The position numbers and the translations under genes were made by a program. Shown piece after piece: positions 53,345-64,000 of a stretch of DNA of 64,000 nt. Below the pieces are notes generated by a model that did no database searches, was not told where the DNA came from, and was given only the letters and a program-made list of their open reading frames with translations. The DNA is taken from contig NC_068994.1 in assembly GCF_001194135.2 (NCBI RefSeq), positions 59,066,552 through 59,130,551 of the forward strand, in the 5' to 3' direction. The DNA is from Octopus bimaculoides (lineage: Eukaryota). The first letter of the stretch is position 1. Each line of letters opens with the position of its first letter.

Positions 53345-53952
53345 AGATGTACCGAGAGTGATAAAAATCAAGCATCCAGCCAACATCCTGGTGTTTGGAG
53401 GGATCACTAGTGATGGCGATGTTATGCCTCCATTCATGTTCCCACACAGAACACGGAGGTCTACATCAAATGCCTGGGGGAGGTAATGCTGCCCTAGGTC
53501 AAGAGGGTGGAAGACCCTATGTCTGGCAACAGGACTCTCCACCATGCCACACAAGCAGGAGAACCCAGTCATGGCTGTCCAACAATTTCTGTGACCACAT
53601 AACCCCTGATACCGAACTCTCCAGACTGCAACCTCCTTGGTGATTATGTGTGGGGCACAGTTGAGCGAGAGACCAGCAAAACTCCTTGTAACACCAAAGA
53701 TGAACTGAAGGCAAGGATTATGGCAGCATTCACCAACTTAAACAAGGAGACTATCCAGAAGAGTTGCAGAAGATTCCAAAGTTGTCTGGAGGCTGTGGTT
53801 GGAACCAATGGCGATTTTATTGAATAAATTTACTCTTTAGTCTTTCAAGATATTTTTATGTAATTTTGGTAAATATGTCTGTTAAAATGAGATGTCAGAG
53901 TTATTTTCATTTTTGCATAATTTAGACGACAGTTTATTCACCGCAGCCTGTA
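53345..53952 (+). mobile_element. Tc1/mariner transposase 3' remnant (DD37D/maT-like) with right TIR
   Basis: KHPANILVFG...YVWQQDSPPCHTS...PNSPDCN..DYVWG...GDFIE*; element ends gcagcctg followed by TA. Confidence 0.85.
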
Positions 53953-54254
53953 TATATGTAACACTTAAATAATTACCGGATGTATAAAATGAAGGAAGCC
54001 AATAACTGTTACAGATCATCATCATCATCATCATCATCATCATTTAATGTCCACTTTCCCATACTTTCCTGTGTCAGATGGAATTTGCTGAGGCAGATTT
54101 TCTACAGCCAGTTGTCCTCCTTGTTTCCAAACAAGGTGAATGTTGGTCATGTATACCCCCAAGATCAGACATGTTGTCAGGGACAATTGGAAATGGAAGA
54201 CACTGCTCACATGATGCTGGCATACATTTACAAGTATCACATGGAGTCAAGGCA

Positions 54255-54450
54255 AAAAGACAGTGTAACACACACACACATACAAATATATGACAAGCTT
54301 CTTTCAGTTTCCATCTACCAAATCCATTCACAAGGCTTTAGTTAGCCTAGGACTATAGTAGAAGACACTTGCCCAAGGTGCTATGCAGAAGGACTGAACC
54401 TAAGGCCATGTGGTTGGGAAGCAAACTTCTTACCACACAGCCACGCCAGT
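54255..54450 (-). mobile_element. SINE family B, head and core
   Basis: agaagacacttgcccaaggtgc...ttaccacacagccac. Confidence 0.85.
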
Positions 54451-54575
54451 GCCTGTGTGTGGTTGAATCTTTGGTCAGTGCCTTATCAATTCTGACATCA
54501 GCTGCCCCCTGATGGTCACAACAATCTACAATACACAGCTTTCTAGTTGACTCATTTCTATTAATAAGGACTTAC

Positions 54576-54719
54576 CTGGAGGTCGTAGTTCAGCAGAAAT
54601 TCGGAAGATGTCATCATAGGGGTGAGAGTCGTGTCAGTGCCCCGGGGTTCAGGGTTTCCACTATGGTCCTGAGCATCTTCTTTTAAATCAGGGGACTGGA
54701 CGCAGCTCATCATCTTCAT
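54576..54719 (-). CDS. Candidate 144-nt exon (MKMMSCVQSPDLKEDAQDHSGNPEPRGTDTTLTPMMTSSEFLLNYDLQ)
   Basis: Pyrimidine tract plus caacag acceptor, perfect CAG|GTAAGT donor; only frame 0 is open; phase 0 matches the 49322 acceptor. Could be 5' UTR. Confidence 0.5.
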
Positions 54720-55884
54720 CTGTTGGATGACAGAACATAGGTGAGATAGGGGACAGCAACACACATTTGTGTACACATACACACACACACACATATATGC
54801 ACATACATACAGAAATATGAGAAGTAACAGATGAGATGTGTTCAGAACCAACACACGTGTGTACAAATGTGAGTAGCCACATATACATACACCTGTATAC
54901 ATATAAACCCATTCTGATGAGACACAGCAAACTATAAACAGTCAAAGGTTACCCATCAAACGATGGAACACCTGTCATGTTTACAGGAGACATGGGTTCA
55001 AGTCGCACAGGCAGCCTTCAACTTTTCCTATCTAAAGGGGATTTTTAACCCCCTATTTACATGCTATTATTTATAGCTTCATCTGCTTCAAAATTCGTCA
55101 TTCTGGAAAAGAATTATCTGTGATATTCCCATGTCTGCAGCATCCACTCCATCCTCTCCTTTGCAATTCCTTCCCTACCATCGCTGGCCTTCACTCCATC
55201 ACCTCCACCTCCTCAACCAACACCAACAACTCCACCCCCACCTCTATTGATGCTGCTCCCTCCACCAACCTCACCAAACACTGGACATTCCCCCACTGAC
55301 CATTGCTATGTCATCATCATCACCACCAGCTATACTTTCTCAGCCTCCAGCATTTTAACACCCTATACATCTCCACTTCTCTATGTCCCTGGGAGGATGG
55401 AAGGAAGCAATGACTTCCACAGTCACTTCGGGGTTAATCCCTCTTGTATTATGCCAAGCTAATGATAGTCAGGCAGCTTGAAATGCTTTTATCATTCCAT
55501 CAGGGGGTGCTGTGAAGTGACTTGGTATTTTGACACTTGTCGCTTAATGTGGGAGTTTTTTCTCCATGGCAAACTGCAGTGAAAATGGCTTTTTTACATG
55601 CCAAACATTTTTGAACCGATTTAAATGTTTAATATGTACACACACACACACACTTATTTATTTATAATGATTTCAAATTTTGGCACAAGGCCAGCAAGTT
55701 AGGGGAGGGGGTAAGTCAATTACATCAATCCCAGTATTCAACTGGTACATATTTTATTGATCCTGAAAGGATGAAAGGCGAAGTCAACCTTGGCAGAATT
55801 TGAACTTAGAACATGAAGATGTGTGAAATGCCGCTAAGCATTTCGCCTGATGTGCTAATGATTCTGTCAGCTTGCTGCCTTTCG

Positions 55885-56115
55885 CATCAGTTCATCATCA
55901 TCAACATGTAACATCTGTTTTCCATACTGGCATGGGTTGGAATGGTTTGACAGGAGCTGACAAGGCCAGGAACCACACCAGGTTCCACTATCTGTTCTGT
56001 CATGATTTCTACAGCTGGATGCCTTTCATAACACCAACCACTCTACAGAGTGTACTGGGTGCTTTTTATGTGGAACCATTACCAATACATTTTATGTGGC
56101 GCCAGCACCAGTGCT
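55885..56115 (-). mobile_element. SINE family A
   Basis: Family A core in reverse complement. Confidence 0.8.
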
Positions 56116-56789
56116 TTTCATTGATAAATTTGTCATATAAAAGTGAGTATAAATATTATGAAACAGAAAGCAAGGAGAAAAAAAGGTCCATGAGAGTTCT
56201 TCACAGATAGGTAGATGTCCAGAGATTTCATACATTAATATCACAGATAAAGGGGAAGAAGAGAATCCAAAGTCATCCTTTACAGCTGTTTCTGAGAGTT
56301 GGTGATCAATAAGTGTAGTCGTGGATATTGTGTGCATATATACATGTACTAAACTGGTACATGTACTAAAATGTAAATGGAATAACACAAATTTAAGTTA
56401 TAATTGTAGTGTCACCAATGCCATCATCAGAAGGAATAAATTTGGCTGTTGAAGATAATATCTATAAACAGAAAGCCTTATTGTGACAGAGGGAAAGAGA
56501 GTGGGGATAGAAAGTGGGGGTAGGCAACAAGAAAGGTTTAAAAGTAAGAGCATAATCAAAATAACATTAGAGGTGGGTGTGGGGACAAGAAAAAAGAGAG
56601 AGAACAAAGAATGCATAAAGTAGAGGGATGGAGAAGTAGCTACATCATCAGTTAACATTCACTTTCCATGCTGGCATGGGTTAGACCAAGAGGAACAAAT
56701 TCTGTGAACAATTCCTTTCACATAAATGAAAGAAATCAGCATCGTCTTGACATTGGACTTCCCTTGACACACATTTTGGGAGGTCATGG

Positions 56790-57290
56790 TGACATTGAAT
56801 GCTTCCACTGACTTGATCACTGCTTTGTTTCTGGGTCGTAGCCATAGCAACCAGCTTTCCTCACCTGGGATGACCTTCAAAAAAAGGTCTGGATCAACTT
56901 CCAGTTCACGACATGCATTCAGTTGTGATTGCTTTTGATCTTCTGTGAAACAAGTGAGGCACCAATTTTGTTGCAACTCGTTTCATTCGCAATTCCTCGC
57001 TCAAAATTCGTTGGCAGCAGCTCCAGGACACATCAGTCATATCAACAAGTTCGTCAATTGTTTAGCAAAGGTCCTCCACAATCAGTTCGTGAATTTTCAT
57101 GATGTTTTCATCCATTTGGAAGGTTGACAGTTGCCCTCAACAAGGTCTTCAAGGGCCAAGTGACCATTCCTAAAGCGTCCTTGTAAGCTGTTTGAAGCCT
57201 GACAGTTGTTTCAGCCACTGTTTTCCCCAGTGAAAATCAAAAATTTCATGGAAGCACACTGCTCCTTCATCTCAGCCATCTCAAAAATCG
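56790..57290 (-). mobile_element. mariner transposase 5' remnant
   Basis: MAEMKEQ...TIDELVDMTDVSWSCCQRILSEELRMKRVATKLVP...GEESW/YGYDPETKQ*SSQW. Confidence 0.85.
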
Positions 57291-58266
57291 ACAAACAAGG
57301 GAGAAGCACTGCAAAACAAAGACACACCACGTAGCAGTATGACCTCCCTATATGATGCCGGTCAGCAGACTAATGCCTGAGGGTCACATCAAATGGCTTC
57401 TAGTAGAGTAAGTCTGAATTGGCTTGTCCCACAGAGAACACTTCTGGTTACTTCTGGGTACCCCCTTCTATACACACACACATACACAATAGTGAAATGC
57501 AGGACGATGTCAAAAGAACACACAAAGGATGTGGATACACCCACCCCTCATCAGTTATTGACCAATCACATTTTCAACACCTGTGCATATATACACATAA
57601 ACACACATATGCATATATCTTTATACACACATACATATATAAACATACATATACACACATATCTAAACACATACATATACAATTAGATAAGATACAAATA
57701 GTATTTCATTAGCATAATCAATATAAATATTACACCACAAGTTTCATTAGAACAATGGATTAAATTAGATTTAAGAAAAATATGAACCTACTTGAATTAT
57801 TGTAGAAAACAGATGTTAAAGTGAAGTGGTAGGGATTTGTTTGAGGAGAAGTGATTCAGGTTCTGTTGGCCAAAGAAGATGGAGTACTGAAGCCAAAGAC
57901 CTGTGGATCTGAGGAAACACTAAAACTTGTACAACAGAAAGGGAAGTAGTGAGCCACAGTTTTGAATCTGAGGGAACTCAGCTCATATAAAGGAATTTTC
58001 CAATTTGTAAAAGAATCTTGATAGCAAACCAAATGCCACAGACAAGAAAAGAAAACGAAGCAGAACTCTGTGGTCAGTGAAGTTTAAACGATTGAAGAGA
58101 AGAATTGCTTGACCAGAAGTATGTTGTCCAGTGAGTTGAGAATGACCAAAGGTGTATTTTTCCAGGCAACAGAGAATTTCAGAAGTCTTTTTTACGTCCG
58201 GGGAGCATAGAAAAGTATGTTGTCTTGGCAACTGAGAATGACAAGAAGCTGAAGGAATTTGTTTAC

Positions 58267-58303
58267 CTGGCTGCTAACTTTGAAATTGTTTACAGCATGT
58301 GAC
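58267..58303 (-). other. Candidate 37-nt 5' UTR exon
   Basis: ttgttgcag acceptor and CAG|GTAAAC donor; contains a mini-uORF ATG CTG TAA. Confidence 0.35.
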
Positions 58304-58449
58304 CTGCAACAACATTTCATAACTGATAATCTTTTTGATTAAAACACATTTTTGGATAATCCAGCTTATTAAGTTTAAGCTTCACTGCTGAGATTAGACA
58401 AAAATAAGAAACTTGAACCTCACAGATTCTGTTTCAGGTAAGATATTAT

Positions 58450-58830
58450 GAAGCACGACACCTTAGATTGGTGTTTGGTGCCACTGGATTTCTTTCTGCA
58501 ACCTTTTTGCTTTTTAGGTAGAGGGGCCTTTGCTTCTTGGTGGTCATATATCTCCGTAGAAAATATTCCTGTGAATCTTTTCCACACCATTGGGAAACAG
58601 GTGGTTGGGGGATACTTTCTGACATTTTCCCCCTTTGTTCTTATCTGTAATGTGTGTCCCTTCTCCCTTAACAGAACCAATAAGGAACAAGTCACTGTTG
58701 TAAGCATTAGTCCAACATCTCTGCTAACGTGTCTTGGCCACTCATCATGTTCTTATACCAAAATCCTTTTACTTCATCTGGGCCAATATACCATCCAATT
58801 AAGTCATTTCTTGATCTGTTTCAAGAGAAG
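58450..58830 (-). mobile_element. R4/Dong-like LINE reverse transcriptase remnant
   Basis: GPDEVKGFWYKN and YPPTTCFPMVWKRFTGIFSTEIYDH...LPKKQKGCRKKSSGTKHQ (cf. NYRPITCLP..WK..TG...EQKGCR). Confidence 0.78.
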
Positions 58831-59046
58831 GGCGGAGGGGGGTAATAATCCTGCTCAACTTTTCTCTCTCTCTCTCTACCATATTTGTCTCTTTCTCTTT
58901 TTCTTTAATCCATTATGCTTTCTTCTTTTGAGCTTCTCTATTTTTATTATGGTCTGTTATTACTGTTACACCTTTTCGCATCACAAGTTTCTTTTCTCAA
59001 CCGTATTTTCTTGTTTTGGTTTATAGTTTAGCTGCTTTCTGGTAAG

Positions 59047-59312
59047 TACAGGGGTGGACTGAAAAGTTCATAGGCTGACTATGAAGGAGTGATGCTAGAG
59101 CTGTGAAATCTTGCATGAATTAATTTCAACTCTTCTTATTAATAACTGTATTGTTTCTTTCCAGCTAAACTGACAGCTGACTGCTTAAAGAAGACTTCAA
59201 AAGTAACTAATAATGACTTCACTTGAAAATAGATAAAATTTGGTGTCATGGTGTTATCAAGTACCTCTCAGAAAAAAGGGCTTAGCTCCCAAGGACATTC
59301 ATGCTGACATTG
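59047..59312 (+). mobile_element. mariner 5' end (TIR and transposase start), interrupted by SINEs
   Basis: tacaggggtggactgaaaagttcataggctgac terminus; DKIWCHGVIKYL/KKGLAPKDIHAD. Confidence 0.7.
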
Positions 59313-59349
59313 AGAGGTAATAGAGGTCCACCAGAGTGAAATAATAATC

Positions 59350-59815
59350 CTTATCATCATCTGTGTTTCCATGCTGGCATGTGCTGGATGGTTTGACAGG
59401 GGCTGGCTAGGTAGAAGAGTGCACCAGATTTCACTGTCTGTTTTGGCAGAGCTTTTACAGCTGGATGCCCTTCCTAACGCCAACCACTCAGCTGAGTGCT
59501 TTTTACGTGGCACCATCATCATCATCATCGTCGTTTAACGTCTGCTTTCCATGCTAGCATGGGTTGGACGATTTGACTGAGGCCTGGTGAAACCAGAAGG
59601 CTACACCAGGCTCCAATCTGATTTGGCAGAGTTTCTACAGCTGGATGCCCTTCCTAACGCCAACCACTCTGAGAGTGTAGTGGGTGCTTTTACGTGCCAC
59701 CGGCACGAAGGCCAGTCAGGCGGTACTGGCAATGGCCACGCTCAAAATGGTGCATTTTATGTGCCACCTGCACAGGAGCCAGTCCAGCAGCACTGGCAAC
59801 GATCTCGCTCGAATG
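59350..59815 (-). mobile_element. Two tandem family A SINEs
   Basis: Older copy about 59350-59510, near-consensus copy about 59514-59815. Confidence 0.88.
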
Positions 59816-61014
59816 TCTTTACACATGCCCATAGGTAAAAATCTGTTGAGCACCACTGACTCAGATGCAGGCTTTCTAGAACATTACCAAATCACTACAT
59901 TTACTAAAACACTAAAGAAGGCTTGTTTATTATTTCTAAAAAACCAGAGAAATCGAGACTGCTTCAATAAATATATTGCACTGTTTAGTAGCATTTTTCA
60001 ACAGCCTGATTTCAAATTTTGCCATGGTTAACTTTGTCTTACATCTCTCATGGAATCAAAAAAAAAAAAACCCTGAAAACCCTGCCATGTACAAGGGTTG
60101 ATTTCATTGACTACGTTGTTCCTATTATGACTTTGTTGCCTTCTACGAATGTTTCTTCTTCAACAGTGTTGTTGTAGTTGTTGTCACTGTAGTGAGTGCG
60201 CTACAGCCAACTGCTGACGATTTAGGATTAACACAGATTTGAAACCTTCATGGCTTAGATGTAAATAGATAAATCTCAATATTACTTACACTGTTATTAG
60301 ATTGGGAAATGGATTTTGTTGTTGTTGTTGTTGTGGTGGTGGCAGTAGTAGGGATGGTGAGTGACAGTGTTACAAAACGAGACAGAAACATCTGCCTCAG
60401 CCCGCACCTCACTCCTGCTCTTTCACCTCTAAACATTTCCACTCCTTCCTCGTCTACCTCACTTTATTCTCTCTCTCTAATAATCTCTATCAACTTCACG
60501 TCACTTCCTTCTCTGCACTGTCACTTTCTATCTATCTATATGTCTTGCTCACTCTCTCTCTCTCATTACTTACCTAATGACAAAGGAGTGTATTTATTTC
60601 ATTCTTTCTCAATTACCCTCACATTAACAACACACACACACACGTGATCATCATCATCACCTCTTCATGCTGGGATGGGTTGGGTAATTCAAGAACAGCC
60701 AACAAATCCAAGGACTGCATTGTGACCCAAGCTTGTCATAGCATGGCTTCCATGGCTCAATGCCTTTCCTAATGCCAACCGTTTTACATAGTCTATTGGG
60801 TGCTTTCTCATACCCACCCACCTCCATGGTTAAGGAGTTTGTGCTACATATTCAGGAAGGTCGGTAATTTGTGCTTCCAATTCTGCCTTGAAACCCGGAA
60901 TAGACCCATTGTGTAGTCGACAAAATCAAAAACAACGCACATGCGCAAAATTAAGAATATGAACTGGCGACAATCTACTCATCGTACCTTCTATGTATGT
61001 ATTATAGCATCTAA

Positions 61015-61269
61015 TATCAGAGACCTAGGAGTAATTGTTGATAACAATCTCAGCTGGAGTGCCCACGTCAACAGTAAGGTCGATATAACTCGTAGGATGA
61101 GCTCCTGGATTTTAAGAACCTCCCCGTCCAGAGAACAAGGTGTCATCAGTCTTCTTGTCTCCTCTTTTCTACGGCCACACCTCGAATACTGCTGCCCCTT
61201 GTGGTCTCCACATACAAAATAAAAGAGCTCGAAAATTGAATCACCCCAGAGATCAGACACTAAAAGAAT
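61015..61269 (+). mobile_element. CR1/L2-type LINE remnant
   Basis: RDLGVIVDNNLSWSAHV...RPHLEYCCPLWSPH. Confidence 0.85.
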
Positions 61270-61370
61270 GGCGATCTTTCGATACGAGTCCGAAATATCG
61301 GCCTTTTCCGTAAAAAGTGTCTTCGGCGATCTTTACCAAAGATCGGCCGGACTCGTATGGAAAGATCGCC
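61270..61370. repeat. 101-bp element with 23-bp inverted termini
   Basis: ggcgatctttcgatacgagtccg ... cggactcgtatggaaagatcgcc (1 mismatch). Confidence 0.93.
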
Positions 61371-61569
61371 TAGTTCACATATTTAAGTTATATATAGGGT
61401 CAGAATAATGAAAGCTTAGAATCCCGAATCTCAAAAAAAAAAAAAAAAAAAAATCGTGAGAGATATTGATTTAGTTTTAAAAGGGAGTTTATTTGAGAAG
61501 CATAAAAACATTTTTTATGCTACGTTAGATTAAGAAAAGACAAGCGAAATGGTAAGCATATTCACTTAC

Positions 61570-61720
61570 AAACAAAGCTTATAATAAAAGCGTATTGCAA
61601 GAACACAGTTTTAAAAACAACAGCGAAAACAAAGAGTTTGTCGATCAAACATTGTCGGTCTTTCAAATCTTCCGTTCCTCAATATTTTCCCTTTTCCCGC
61701 CATCTTACATTACAAACATT
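61570..61720 (-). promoter_or_regulatory. Candidate first exon/promoter with YY1-type motif
   Basis: CpG-retaining region; AAGATGGCG (61698-61706) on the minus strand; donor TTT|GTAAGT at 61569. Confidence 0.45.
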
Positions 61721-64000
61721 AAAAGGGACGAATTGTATTGTTTGGGACTCTGCAGTGAAGAGTGAAGGTGAAGGGAGATAAGCAGATGTATGATAATTGC
61801 TCGGTTATGTTTTTGGTGAAAGTATTATATTATTAAATGTTTTCGTTTTCCAGACTTTATTCTTAATAAAGAAGTTTCATGTAGCTCTTCCCTTAGCTGA
61901 CTTGTCTTTAGATGGTTTAGCATGATTTTGAGATATTCATCATTTAATCCCAGTTATACTAATATACAAGGCATGACAATGGAAGTTATTTGAGAAGAAA
62001 TTAAACGACCATTGGTTGCTGTTTAGCCCACGTTCAGTTCTAATACACACAGACCTATGATGAAAGGTATTCCAGCCGTGGCCATCATGTCTTCTTAGAG
62101 TTGCGATTAGGTCCCCATTATCCAATGTGTTCTTTTGTAAACAATACGGAGTAATTTCAGGTAAATTAATTTTAACCAGGTCAGGCGACCACATAGAGGT
62201 TTCCCTGTTGGTGGAGGATTTCAAGTGCCTGCAATAGCAATCATAAGCTAATATAGCAGTTGGTAACTGCTATATTAGCTTATTGCATGGAGTTCACAAC
62301 CTCCAATGAGTGTGGCCAGAAGAGAGCGATGACAATTCCTTTGAAGTCCCGAGAACCAGTGCTTTGGCCTGAATTTCAAATAAATTGTTACTCTTATACC
62401 CATCTTTCCAAAAAGCGATCACTGTTTCATGGAGAAAGGAAAAAGCGATGAATTGGGTGGGTGTCTCCTTCTGTGAAAGAATTTTTTGTCCAGAAAATGT
62501 AGTTTTTTTTTTTTACATTTCTGCCTCTCCATAATTCCGTACCCTTTTCCTGGTAAATTCATTATATTGTATCCTTCTTACGAAACGGGTGTTGAAGTAA
62601 AACAGAATTTCTCACTGTTATGTTCAACAGATGATGACTGGTGTTTCACCTATGCTAGGTGATCAGCCAACCTACCTGACAACTGTGGTGTAATTTAGAT
62701 ATCGTAGAAATAGTTTTCAGAAACACATTGAATCCACGGCTTGCGTTCACGAAATTTCACACATTACATTTTTCATCTTCAAGTCCACAATCATTCATTG
62801 CATCCCACAATTAGTGTAAACATAAACTAGTGCACACATGTTAACAAGTTCACTTATCAACCATGTGTTTCAGGTTTAATCACGTTGCACAGCACTTTGA
62901 GTAAGTGTCTTTCACTGCAAGTGAAATTTAATGATTGAAATGTGTGTAAGGGGGTGTTGATGGGTTTATTCCCGTTCTTGGGTGGCAGATTAAATCAGTT
63001 GTCCGGTTTAACACCGCCATATGACACTTAGGTGTCTTTATTCAAGTTCATTCTGCTGTATGCGTTAAGGTTAGATCCCTAATCCGGGGATAATACGCCC
63101 AGTGTTCCACTAATTTCGGAAAAAGTCATGTAGGCTACACCTCCTCCTACGATTGAATCATTAAAAAGGAAGTTAACATAACCTAATAAGTATCATTAAT
63201 TTTAGATGGAGACCTCATAGACTCACTTCCTATATTCTTTGTTGAATGGAGACTGGCTCGAGTTGAATTCAGTTGTTAAATTAACAAACAAAATATTCGA
63301 GTCCTTTTACTGATATCATGTACTGACTGTAAGCTTAATTCTTCTAACACACGAGAACACTGGCTGGCGAGGGTGACACCTATGAGACCCCTCGACCTCC
63401 TAGAAACTGCAGCCGAATCTCCTTACCACCTTAAAAAAGAAGGATCTTTAGGATGGCCGCGAAAAACACGTAGAAGGAAAAGGTGAGATGTGGATAAAAA
63501 TTTCATCTGGGATGATCTGATACGAAACAATTGTGGAATCACCAAAATTCCAATAAGACACCAGGGGTGGGGTTGAGGATGTAATATATTTCATTATAAG
63601 GGAATTCGATGGACGATCGATCCATTCATCTTCAAATGCACGTGTTTAAATCGTCCCGTACGATATCTGACAGCAACATCCTATCCAACCAGGACCTTCC
63701 AGGCATAGACAGAAACCTTCCAAACTGGACTTTTGAAATCGACCACAAATAATCCTTCGGGACGTTTAGGAAGGAGACGAATCCTTACAAGAGTCTTCGC
63801 AGTGCGTGTGTCTACAGGATTTTAAAAATTTACGAAATCATTGCCAGTAATTTTTTAAAAACAAGAGATTACAATAACGCACGCGTCACACACACACACA
63901 CACACATATATATATACATAAATATGAGTTGAGCGTGCATTAAATACAAACACATGTGTGAGTGTGTGTGTTTGTATATATATATATATATATATATATA

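Noticed and set aside
58448-59026. 192-aa hydrophobic + strand ORF
   Set aside because: Antisense shadow of the R4-like RT remnant plus T-rich low-complexity sequence.

Overview
Eukaryotic, intron-rich, microsatellite- and SINE-dense sequence with many N gaps. The SINE families and repeat landscape suggest an octopus genome (inference). Two protein-coding genes are well supported, both on the minus strand. (1) A complete 15-exon LMAN1/ERGIC-53 (CDS 32516 to 32, 1659 nt, 552 aa from the most upstream ATG, all GT-AG introns in phase, ending KKFY), with a 22-kb first intron. (2) An ankyrin-repeat/SOCS-box (ASB-type) gene with three coding exons (41687 to 39228, 322 aa). Upstream of the ASB gene I read a chain of minus-strand exon candidates (about 61570, 58267-58303, 54576-54719, 48947-49322). 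They could encode a 171-aa hydrophobic ORF that stops 7 nt before the ASB ATG, or fuse in frame to it through a donor 13 nt further 5'. The rest is TE debris (two or three SINE families, RTE, CR1/L2, R4-like and REL-endonuclease LINEs, mariner, DD37D-type Tc1/mariner, hAT MITEs), several striking palindromes/hairpins and CpG-retaining islands. All coordinates were derived by manual reading; TE boundaries are approximate.
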